A stretch of 64,000 bases of DNA from Phoronis australis (taxonomy: Eukaryota > Animalia > Phoronida), in the NCBI GenBank assembly GCA_002633005.1, contig NMRA01000896.1:1-64000 (forward strand). The letters run 5' to 3'. The notes below the pieces were generated by a model. That model was given only the letters and a program-made list of their open reading frames with translations, searched no databases and had not been told where the DNA came from. Positions 15,001-24,700 of the stretch are shown in pieces. Each line of letters begins with the position of its first letter. The stretch's first letter is position 1. Made by a program: the position numbers and the translations under genes.

Positions 15001-15374
15001 ATGTTGTCAATACGCCAACTCGGCATTCAGGCAATTCGCAGATATCCCAGTATGACAATGTGGATGGGACGATGAATGGAGAATCATATGAGTTAGAAAT
15101 GGAAGCCTCCCTGGAGAACATGGACAGTCAAAGTAACAACGCCAGTTTCTTTGAGTCGAGCCCTACACCAGCACACCACCATCACCACCACCACCATCCG
15201 CAGAGATATACAGAGGAGCATTATCGCACAGAATTCATTATATCCGCTAACCGTGGCAAGTCCGTGTCACGTGAGACATCTCCGCCAATACCACAGTTTG
15301 AAAATGGATTTCCAACGACATCCCCACTTAAGCACAAACTTAGTCCGCGGAGAGAAAACCCTGTGTTCATTTAG
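3055..15374 (+). CDS. USP6NL: USP6 N-terminal-like / RN-tre TBC-domain Rab GTPase-activating protein (multi-exon; first coding exon not found, probably upstream of the window)
   Basis: GT-AG exons in consistent phase: 3055-3131, 5900-5939, 7227-7415, 8576-8685, 9370-9484, 10670-10724 (duplicated at 11237-11291), 11640-11734, 13237-13302, 13994-14093, 14410-15374. Total 1812 nt, open to the stop. The peptide contains [28 protein letters not shown], the IDLDVNRT Arg finger, the [23 protein letters not shown] Gln finger, [22 protein letters not shown] and SQYDNV, all matching my recall of USP6NL. Confidence 0.95.
3594..3629 (+). ncRNA. Minimal type I hammerhead ribozyme-like motif (Penelope pLTR type), intronic relic
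   Basis: C-TTGAGAA-T-GGTTTAT-agaca-ATAAACT-GAAACGTC. It has a U3-A8 variant core, a 7-bp stem II, GAAA, a palindromic ACGT and a GTC cleavage triplet. Stem I is weak. Confidence 0.55.
5580..5797. mobile_element. Palindromic MITE-like element
   Basis: Nested inverted matches: GTTTAGCT/AGCTAAAC, CTCATAAAATC/GATTTTATGAG and ATTTCATTTCCA/TGGAAATGAAAT. Confidence 0.6.
6820..7155. repeat. Minisatellite, ~22-bp unit (GATATGGTTGCTTATTTAGGAC)
   Basis: About 15 tandem copies are visible in a USP6NL intron. Confidence 0.95.
8085..8500. repeat. Tandem repeat, ~60-bp unit (CTCACTATCGCCATCTGTTGGTACCTGGATTAAGAAGTGACTG...)
   Basis: About 7 diverged tandem copies. Confidence 0.9.
9778..10316. mobile_element. 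Non-autonomous DNA transposon with ~70-bp terminal inverted repeats (TIRs)
   Basis: GTACCCACTGCCCATATTTTTCATTTATTTCTCCAACCCATGACCCATAATTTTT at 9778 is the near-exact reverse complement of ...AAATTATGGGTCATGGGTTGGAAAAATAAATGAAAAATATGGGCGGTGGGTAC ending at 10316. Confidence 0.75.
10539..11683. other. Tandem ~570-bp duplication across a single N at 11117, likely a haplotype-overlap assembly artifact
   Basis: 10539-11116 and 11118-11683 are near-identical (a few SNPs and one small indel). The first copy stops mid-exon exactly at the N. Confidence 0.85.
12060..12395 (-). mobile_element. Degenerate L1/Tx1-type LINE reverse transcriptase (RT) fragment
   Basis: The minus strand encodes [16 protein letters not shown] (~12335-12380), then [24 protein letters not shown]...IKGFKI...LQYANDT. 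These are decayed forms of RGCRQGDPLSPYLF and QYADDT. Confidence 0.85.
12645..12885. repeat. Minisatellite, 28-bp unit (TGTGATTCAACTTTCACCTTTGACATCT)
   Basis: About 8 tandem copies. Confidence 0.92.
13735..13950. repeat. Tandem repeat, 63-bp unit
   Basis: About 3.5 copies of GGCGTAGTGCAAGTGTGAACAGGCC...TATGTGAGACCTTGTGTCATGTTTATAGCT. Confidence 0.9.
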
Positions 15375-15559
15375 GCTGGGTCTGGATTTTGACGTGACTT
15401 CCAATCGAACCACACGAGAAGTGGTGCTGTAAATTATTGAAGTAACCATTTCATATTGCGCCATGACTGGAGTTTGTTTTAAAGTGTTTCAACAACTTAA
15501 ACTTTCTATTTGTAATTGAGGATTTATCGGATATGTTTGAAAATCAAAATGACCATACT

Positions 15560-16110
15560 AGAACGTTGTATATACAACAGTTTTTATAGCTGCTGGTCAC
15601 AACTCATCTTGATGTCTTGAACAGTGTATGTATACTGCAGTGTTCATAGTTGGTGACGACCTGACTTTATGTCTTGAACATTAATTATCTGCAGTGTTTA
15701 TAGGTGGTGATGACTTTCTTGATGTTTTGAACAGTGTATATATACTGCAGTGTTTATAGCTGGTGAGGAGGTGAGATGACGTTTTGAACAGTGTATATAT
15801 ACTGCAGTGTTTATAACTGGTGCCGAGGTGACGTGATGTTTTGAACAGTGTATATATACTGCAGTGTTTATAGATGGTGAGGAGGTGAGATGACGTTTTG
15901 AACAGCGTATATATACTGCAGTGTTTATAACTGGTGCTGAGGTGACCTGATGTTTTGAACAGTGTATATATACTGCAGTGTTTATAGATGGTGAGGAGGT
16001 GAGATGACGTTTTGAACAGCGTATATATACTGCAGTGTTTATAACTGGTGCCGAGGTGACATGATGTTTTGAACAGTGTATATATACTGCAGTGTTTATA
16101 GCTGCTGGTC
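15560..16110. repeat. 60-bp tandem repeat immediately 3' of the USP6NL stop (probable 3' UTR)
   Basis: About 9 copies of GATGTTTTGAACAGTGTATATATACTGCAGTGTTTATA... with alternating A/B variants. Confidence 0.93.
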
Positions 16111-18433
16111 TTGACAGTTTGATACTGTATGGGGCGGTATCTTTGTAAAGTCACAATTTTTACTATTTAAAACAAATGTGTTGTGAATTGTTCAAAGACA
16201 TGGTTTGGTGTAGCTACTATCTGTTTACTGTTTGGAAACCACGGAATGAGGATGAAATTGACCATGTGGTTTTGAAGATGTCAGTAAAACACTTTTGTCT
16301 ATAGTTTGTATTATTTATGATGTATATAATGTAATACTAATGTACTGTTATGGTATTGAGTGTTCTACTGTGAGGAGATGTCGTGTAATGCTTTGGCAAT
16401 CAAATGTGCAATCCCTTTAGATTTTCTCAAAAAACCAATGGTATGAACGGGAACGTCTTGATAAAGTTGCTTTTCATCTTCCCGTTGCTGTCACCAGGGA
16501 GCTTGGTTCAGTCTTTAGGACAAGCTGGCATCCACAGTATTTGAACGATTGTGAACCATACAGAGTTACTCAGACTACCAGAACAATACAGCTCATGCTT
16601 TCATTGACACATCTGCACTTATGAGCATGGCGCAGGAACCTGTAAACTGGATTCACCAGGTCACAAATGCCACTCAACCTCACACACCTAAGCATAACAA
16701 AGCATGGGTGATGGACCACAAGCAGGGCTCTGGCTGGCTCAGGGAGTCTTGGCTGAATCGCGCATGTGATTCTTAGCTTGTGACTCTATAAGCTGTGGTT
16801 TATTATTGCTAAAGTATGTTTTGTGAGTGTGGGTGGTGTTTGTATGCCAATCATCGGAGTTATAGGCCCCAGCCAAACCATGTTAATGAGTAGGTGAGCT
16901 GTGTTCAGATAGCCTGTGGAGTCATTAAAACTAGGTTTCCCCAAGATCGTAAAGAATAATGGTGACGCCAAATCCTCCGTCAAACCTAGCCAACTGTACA
17001 AATGAATAAAAAGTGCACTGTGGTAACATTGCTATAGTCCTAAAGAATGAACCGAGAATGAAAGAATATGTCATTATTCCATCTGTCAGGTCTACGGAAA
17101 CATTGCTGTTTTTTCCTGCCCAATACTAAAATGCTCCTGGATATATCTGTGTGTGAGCTGTGAATAGCCACATAAATTCCACTCAGAAGTTGTGATGGCC
17201 ATGTGACAGAGACTGAAAAGAATGTCTCTGCTAAGGACTCGGAAGTTAGTTGAAGTTATTTGCAGCTGTTCTCATTCAGATACAAATTTATTTGTAGTGT
17301 ACAGCCTTGCAGTCTTCAACCATCATATACAAAACGGGCATTCTGATTACAGAAAAATATTGTTAGTGAGAAGGTGGCATGGTTCTTGAGAGAGTAAAGC
17401 TGGGTACCTTCCTGCAGTCCTCTTGGGTCTGAAGTGTACACTATTTATTTGTCCTTTCAGACAGTCGTGTATGATAGAACTGACAGCAGTCGACACTTAA
17501 GTTATGACTTGTTCTGCGGTCATGACAATTGTTTAGAACAGTTAAGGTGTGCTTACACACCTTAATTTTTTGGGGAAATTGTTCTTGCCTATAAATATTG
17601 TGATTTTGCAGTAATTCGCCGAATAGGACTAGTGGCGCTGTCTGGATACGATTTTCTTGCCTGTTTGCCATTATTTTCTGTTTAGTACTGTAATACATTA
17701 TTGGCCATTTTACAGATCTCGGAAGAGAAAATGTATGTGTTACTAATATGAACATTTATCTTCGGATAGGGACACTTAGTTCCTCGTCATTGTCACTTTT
17801 AATTTGGCCTGGTTTCTCTTGGCTACGTAGCTAAAACTAGGGAGTTTGTGTGACATGAGTACTTAACGTAGCGCCACCTACCTGTTGCAACGAAGGAGCA
17901 CAATGTTGCATGTTATGCATACCGTGTTTAACTCTTCTTTGCCCAGACAACATCCTGCGCTGTCAGTAAAATGGCCAATTGTCAATCTTACCAATTGCAT
18001 TAGTATCAATGTCTGTCACGTATTGTTCACTTGGTTTTTGTCATCGTGTGGTCGATTTTTTAGTTGTGCGGTTTTGCTTCCTGTCAAACCCTCTGGTTTC
18101 TAGATTGAACTGATAGGAAATGTACTACTATTTTCCAGTCTTCCAGATTACTGACATAATAAGTGACTTTGGTTTTAGTAGATGTACTATGTCTAGTTTT
18201 ATAACTGAATGTCTTATATGGAGTAATCGACACTGAATACATTGAATATGATAAAACGAGGAACCTTCTTTTGTACTTTGTAATTCCTGATGTAACATAA
18301 GCAGCGTGAGGTAGTTTGATGACACCATGACACATTGAGCTTCTAGTTTGTCCAAAGGGCATGCCACTTGTCAGTGCTTTTCACCTCAAGAATATTAGCT
18401 TGCCTGGGCAGAAGTGTTACCTACACGTATGTA

Positions 18434-18441
18434 TGACGTCA
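18434..18441 (+). promoter_or_regulatory. Palindromic CRE site (TGACGTCA) ~80 bp upstream of the PDE10-like ATG
   Basis: Exact 8-mer match. Function is unproven, and the same 8-mer occurs elsewhere in the window. Confidence 0.3.
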
Positions 18442-18519
18442 TTGCATTGTTATTCAAAGCGGATCCGGAGTGTGTTGTAGGTGATATAGCTAAGTTAATG
18501 TGAGAATTCAAGATCTGAA

Positions 18520-20865
18520 ATGGATGACAAGTTCCAACGTCAGTTTGAGGCGTGTTTAAGAGACAATCCAGCGTTATTAGAAGATTTAATCTTGCAAAAT
18601 GTCCCAACTAAAACTCTTCAAGTTTGGTTGAACAAAAGTTTCGTGTACCGCACTGAATGTAGTTCCAAACCGTCGCCTGCTAGCTTGCTTGACGCGAGAT
18701 ATTCCTCGACCAACATACAGGAACTGGAGAGGTACCTGATCAATGAGGCGCAGTTGGAATTGCAAGTGTGCCGGTATTTTTACACGGCCCACGTTTTGTT
18801 GCACGACGCCTTAAAACTTCTCCGAATCGCGACCCTTGCGGATACGGCAACTTTGTATGTTAACGACAATGGAGCGGACCAAGACGTGCAAATCGACAAG
18901 TCCATAGGCAAAGATGGGTCGTGTACAAATGTCAAACAACAGGTTAATAGCGTTGTTAAACTGGTGGCAAAGAATGGCGTCTCGCTGTTCTTGCCTGACG
19001 TCAGTAAAGATTCCAGATTCAGACAACCGGCGTCTTTACTGGAGGAAGAAAAACGGTCCCTTATTTGTATCCCAATCATCTTCCCCAACGGGTCCAAATC
19101 GGGCGTCATAGAATTGTCCAGAAATTCTCAGTCATTGCCGTTTACGAATGAAGAGTTCCAAGTGGCCAACAGCGTCATAGCTCTAATGAGTGTGGCTTTA
19201 CACCAAACTAGAAACGTCAAGCATCTTTCTGCACAGAAAGATCTCGACAACTTTCTGTTGCTTGTAACAAAGAAGATGTTTAATGAAGTACCGAACTTTG
19301 ACGACTTGTTATTGTCGATTGTTACCTATACAAAAACTCTCGTCGCGGCGGAATGCTGTTCGGTCTTTCTCCTTGACGGAAAAGGAAACTTGTATCCCGA
19401 AGTGTTCGATGAACGAGAAGTTGATGAAAGAGGGAACTCTGTTTATTCGAGAAAAAGAAAGGACATGAAATTCCCAGCGAGGACTGGTATTATCGGCCAT
19501 GCGATAGAGATGCGTGAAAGCGTGAACGTGAAGAATGCGCGATCCGATGAACGGTTTTGTCCAGACTTTGATAACGTGACGAATTACATCACTAAAAGTG
19601 TGTTGGCTGTTCCCATATTCCAGAAGAACGAAGTAGTGGGTGCTGTTGAAGCTATCAATAAAACATTTGGCGAATGCTTCACTGAAAAGGACGAAGAAAC
19701 GTTAAAGAAATTCGCCGTGCATTTTTCATTGGCCGTGAACTTCTGGAAGGTCTGCGAGACGGCTCGTAGAAGGGAGAGTGAGGCGAGTGTTGTTAAGGAG
19801 CAGCTCTTGTATCATTCGTGCTTAGCAACAGTTTCTAACGGGAATGAATTGCCATCAATGCCGTCCACGCAGGAAATTCCTCCTCACTTTGAATACTTTG
19901 AGTTTTCCACGGCACACCACTTGAAAATTCTACCGCAGCTTTTCATGCACATGGTTCGCAAGAGATTCGGTGACAAGTTTGGCGTAGATAGTCTGGGTAG
20001 ATTCATTTTGGCAGTTCGGAAGAATTACCGTGACGTACCGTATCACAACTGGGAGCACGGGTTTCAGGTGACACATTGCATGTACTGTTTAATGCAGTCT
20101 ATTCAGAACGTTCATCTTTCTCAGTTTGAGGCAATGGGTTTACTGTTCGCATGTATCTCGCATGACGTGGACCACCGTGGATATAACAACACATTCTTTC
20201 AAAAAATGGAGCAGCCGTTGGCGGCCTTGTACAGTTCATCGGTAATGGAACAGCATCATTATCAGACGACACTGCTGATCTTGCAAGCAAACAACGTCTT
20301 TTGTTTTCTGGGGAAGGCGGAGTACGAGAGAATGCTTGAGGAGATCAGAGAGGCCATTATCGCGACAGACATGGCGCTGTACTTCTCCAATTGTGGAAAA
20401 TTACGAACCTTGCTCGATGAATGCTCCTTTGATATGGCCAATGAACAACATCGACGCATGGCAAAGAACCTGTTGATGACCGGATGTGACCTAGTGGGCT
20501 CGTGCAAAGACTGGCCCGACCAGGTGACAACAGTTAAGAAATTGTACGATGAATTTTACATTCAGGGAGACATCGAGAAGGAAAAGGGATTTGACCCGCT
20601 GCCATTCATGGATCGAAGTCAAAAAGACAACCTAGCAAGGCAACAGCTTCAGTTCTTGAATCACATTTGCCATCCTCTCTATTCTACTATTGCTGACATA
20701 TTCCCGTCCAGTAAACCGCTAGTAAACGCAGTTAATGGGAACATAAGAAAATGGCAACAAATTGTTAACGGAGAAATTGTACCGCCTTGGAATAACGAAA
20801 TACTCGATGACATTGGGAAGGACAGAAAGTGGGCATCACCAGTGGCTGGTACGAGTAAACGATAA
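18520..20865 (+). CDS. PDE10A: PDE10A-like GAF-GAF cyclic nucleotide phosphodiesterase, single exon, 781 aa
   Basis: N-terminal CLRDNPALLEDLI...LQVWL, two GAF domains (GAF-B NKTFGECFTEKDE) and the catalytic motifs PYHNWEH, HDVDHRGYNN, PLAALYSSSVMEQHH, IIATD, TGCDL, EFYIQGD and PFMDR. An in-frame stop at 18496 precedes the ATG. Confidence 0.93.
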   Translation: MDDKFQRQFEACLRDNPALLEDLILQNVPTKTLQVWLNKSFVYRTECSSKPSPASLLDARYSSTNIQELERYLINEAQLELQVCRYFYTAHVLLHDALKLLRIATLADTATLYVNDNGADQDVQIDKSIGKDGSCTNVKQQVNSVVKLVAKNGVSLFLPDVSKDSRFRQPASLLEEEKRSLICIPIIFPNGSKSGVIELSRNSQSLPFTNEEFQVANSVIALMSVALHQTRNVKHLSAQKDLDNFLLLVTKKMFNEVPNFDDLLLSIVTYTKTLVAAECCSVFLLDGKGNLYPEVFDEREVDERGNSVYSRKRKDMKFPARTGIIGHAIEMRESVNVKNARSDERFCPDFDNVTNYITKSVLAVPIFQKNEVVGAVEAINKTFGECFTEKDEETLKKFAVHFSLAVNFWKVCETARRRESEASVVKEQLLYHSCLATVSNGNELPSMPSTQEIPPHFEYFEFSTAHHLKILPQLFMHMVRKRFGDKFGVDSLGRFILAVRKNYRDVPYHNWEHGFQVTHCMYCLMQSIQNVHLSQFEAMGLLFACISHDVDHRGYNNTFFQKMEQPLAALYSSSVMEQHHYQTTLLILQANNVFCFLGKAEYERMLEEIREAIIATDMALYFSNCGKLRTLLDECSFDMANEQHRRMAKNLLMTGCDLVGSCKDWPDQVTTVKKLYDEFYIQGDIEKEKGFDPLPFMDRSQKDNLARQQLQFLNHICHPLYSTIADIFPSSKPLVNAVNGNIRKWQQIVNGEIVPPWNNEILDDIGKDRKWASPVAGTSKR

Positions 20866-21689
20866 CACGACGCATTTTGCCATTGAATTTTGATAATAGT
20901 TATTCTCTTAACAGGCTGAATGCCGGAGTTAATTTTTTTTTGCTCCGGTGACGTACTTGCCATTGACTACACATGTACGTTGCGTCGTTTTTAGCTGCGA
21001 TGTATAAACAGCTCAGCGTTAACTTAAGTGTCGAGCTAAACTTGAAACTCTACTGCCTCACTGTTGTCATTTGTGGTACACCTCAACCAGGGAGATTTTT
21101 ATTTCCAATTGATCAAGAAGACGGTGAGGACTGTGAGGGGGGGGGGTTCACCTGCAAAACGTCGACTAATTTAGCATTACTGCTTAATGGATAATTCCAA
21201 AATAATGTCAATCAGTCTAATATTTCCGATCAATCCGGGAGCGAGGAGATGTTGACGCGACGATAGTTCGTGGTCTTTGCCCCACAAACAGTTCCGAAAG
21301 AAAGCGTAAAGATAATCACATGTATACTAAAGCATTAAAATGCTTGAGTCAAGCACCTATATTGTTGGAACAACAAGAAACGGAGACTAAATGGGAAAAT
21401 ACCTGATAATGGCATGTATACATCAGATGAACATTCGTCTGAAGAAGATTGTTCTCGCCGATAATGACACTTTGTTAAAGTCATCGTCCAGATATCTGCG
21501 AATGAGTGGCACACAACTGCCAAACCGCTAGTCGAGAAGTCTATCCAACAATAATCCAAATAATGATTTTCTCAAACTTTAGCAAACTGTTTGAAATGAC
21601 TGATCAAATTTGAAAAAAATCTTGCTCACCAAACACTGAGGAAATTGTGTTTTAAATCTCGTCGTCCCCTCACTTCGTAGTACAAATCG

Positions 21690-21775
21690 AACCGGAACGC
21701 GCCCGCCGGCTGCTCAGTCGGGCGGCTCCACTCATAGTTTCTGGGGAAACGTTCACGTGCGCTCTACTGATATGG
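21690..21775 (+). promoter_or_regulatory. GC-rich housekeeping-type promoter candidate for MRPL22
   Basis: A local GC/CpG-rich patch with CCGGAA (ETS-like), GGGCGG (GC box), CACGTG (E-box) and ATATGGCGG (YY1-like, overlapping the ATG). Confidence 0.4.
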
Positions 21776-24700
21776 CGGTGAGCATTTTTCTTTCAGGTTT
21801 TCCTATTTAGTGATCGTGTCTAACTGAAAAGGACCCTAAATACACCTTTGCAGTACTAGTCTGGGACATAGTGGTCCTAATTTTAGACAGTCCGTCTTTG
21901 GTTATTCCTGGTATGAGCTATGTCATAAAGTCATTGGGTTATTGTTTTCTGCGCTCTAATGGTTACGATTTTGCAACGATTTGAAGGCAAGCACACTAAG
22001 GTCTTATTAAAACAAAATCAGTATTCAGTTTCAACAAGACCTTTGCTTTAAAACATTGCGCAGTATTCTCATATCCCACATACCGAGACAGTTGCATCTG
22101 TATGAATTCCCGAGAGAGGACTCACAGTTTTGTTCCTTGCTGTAATTGTATCGCCACACACAGTATTCATATTTCCGCGCCGCACAATATGACCACCGGT
22201 AAGTACATATTAGAAGCAGTTACAACTAAAACGACTCAATTCAACACAGTTTGATGTTTGGAATTGCTACACATCTTATAGCATTTGAAGCAGGATTTGG
22301 CGACGCATTTTTTTTAACACTTTGAAACTATCCACCGTAGGTCAATGCTAGTACAAGACTGCCCAGTCTTAGTACTCTTACTGATGTACAACTAGTGACC
22401 TAATTATCGGACGTTTTGGCACATTTTGCATTATATTTAATTGAAAATACTACGGACTGTTGTAAATTCTTTGCTGAAATAAAGACTTACCTTTATGGAA
22501 TTGTTCTGTTACTATATCTTGTCACTGAACGCCACATTTATGTTCCAACTGATCTTTAAAAAACACAACTAGCAAACCTTCGAAGAACCTAAATATCGAA
22601 CACCATGTTTCCCCATAGGCCACTCCGCGGAAAACTGACTAACTACGTAAGTGAATGGCAGTGGGCACCTTGTAAAAAAATTCCAGCTCGAGTGTTTTGA
22701 CATATATGCTGCTAGAACACAGGTCCATTCGCAACAAAATTATCCATAAAATGAAATCTGATGACGGCGCCAAGTTGTTTTGATGAATTAGTGCAGACTA
22801 AAGCACGTGCAAACTCACTGCAGTTTTTAGTATCACTTTCGCTTCTTGATATGACACCCGCACGTGCGCGGTCGGGGTTTGACTTGAGTTTAAAAACAAA
22901 TGAAAAAATGGAACAGTGACATATTGTCAGTTCAATGAGATGGTTTCATTGTGGAAAAAGATTTTAAAACCGATCCATGCGATCGTCCATTTTAGGCCGA
23001 CTTGGGGGTCTAAATTGCACCCTCTCTCGGTGAAATCAAAACAAGGCAACGCTGTACAAAACCAGACGGTGCCGGACATTGAATGCATTACAACGGAACA
23101 AAAATTGGTGTCATTTATTCTCAGATTATGCTTCAAGTAAGATTCTATGAAGTGTCCGATATTTAGGTTCCGTCCGATAATTAGGTACACTATGTGTAGT
23201 CCACCGTCTCTGGTTGAACGGACTACAGATGGTGTACCTCCTATAGGAGCTCCATACGCTGGAAGCTTTTCGACGAACTATGCCTCACACTGACCAAAAC
23301 ATCAAAATCGCATTGCTATAAATATCTTTTGCGCATTGAGGGACTCCTTAGAGTTAGATAGGGTGAGCAAACCAAAATGCCAATTTCATCAAAAACACAT
23401 GAACATGGTTTCAAATGATAGATCTTCACCTGCCATTTGCATTTATTTTATGTTGTTAACCTGTATGGAAAGTATTTGTTTTCTTGTTTTAGAGCAACAG
23501 TGAGCAAAAGTTTTTCAATTACAGATCTTTAAACATGCCAACTAATTTGCCTTGAAATTTTCGAGGGTTCGTTTGCTGAAAAAAGCCCATTTTTGAGCGT
23601 CTAAATTTTAAATAACCCCAGAATCGTCCAACGGGTTTCAATGAAATGTTGTATTTAGCAAGTGAGGAAATAATCCAAATTTCGAAATTCAGTGTTGACT
23701 TAGTTTTTGTTGGCTTGTGACAGAGTACCTTTGAACCCAGCACAAAACTTGACGAAGGATAATTTGAAATCTGAAATAATGATGTCTTTGAAAACATCAT
23801 ACCATATCAGGAATTGCTAATGGTTGGCAGAAAACTCATTTAGGTTTTAATACTTTTTAAAAGAAATTGCTAAAAATGACCTTTGATTGCAAATACATAC
23901 AAAAAGTGCCAAAACGTGGAAATTATGATATTTCAGAGATTTTCGTCATTTAATTGGAACACCTATTATTATATTTGAAATATGCTTTTTCCTATATCAC
24001 ATCCATGCTTCTGTAATCATAAACTATATAACATACCACAAAAAAATGGAAGTACAATTTTTTAATTTAACAAATTTTAACGGAACCCTAAAATTGTATG
24101 TAGTTTCAAATCGATTTTATACAGCATGAAGAATATCCTGATGGAAACTTTTTGTAGTTGAGAACATCCAAAAGGGTCAACTTAAAAAAGAAATTTAACG
24201 CACTGCCGCCTTGACTTCGCTGTGATTTAAAGGAAAATCTAGTTTCAAATAAAATTGAACTGCTTACAGCGCCACCACGAGATGAGAAGGTGTTAACAAT
24301 GAACATATTGTCATAAAATGTTAAAAGCTTAGTCCAATGCTTAATTTTGACCTCTGATTTCATTTCAGAAATATGTAATATTTTAAGGAACTTTATTTGT
24401 CCCATGTTCTATTTCTTGTGTTTCATGGAAATTATTGACAGGTTGCTCAAGCTTCAATTGACCAATCACGTTCCAGATAAGTTTGAACTCTGAAGAGGTC
24501 AACATGGATCTTTAAAAATTAAATTTTCTAATATTTTTATCAAAAAAATGAAAAGTGTACAAAAAATTTAGGAAATGGTGCAGGTGCGTGTCACAAATGT
24601 ACTGGTTTCAAACGACGATAAACTTTTCTTTCTTACAAAAGGCAAAGAATTATGCAAGAAAATGATGTTGATTAGATTGTTTTAAACTTAAACATGTGCA

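Noticed and set aside
15681-16154. 157-aa repetitive ORF (YKHCSIYTLFKTS)n
   Set aside because: It is simply the translation of the 60-bp satellite, whose unit is a multiple of 3. There is no other coding evidence.
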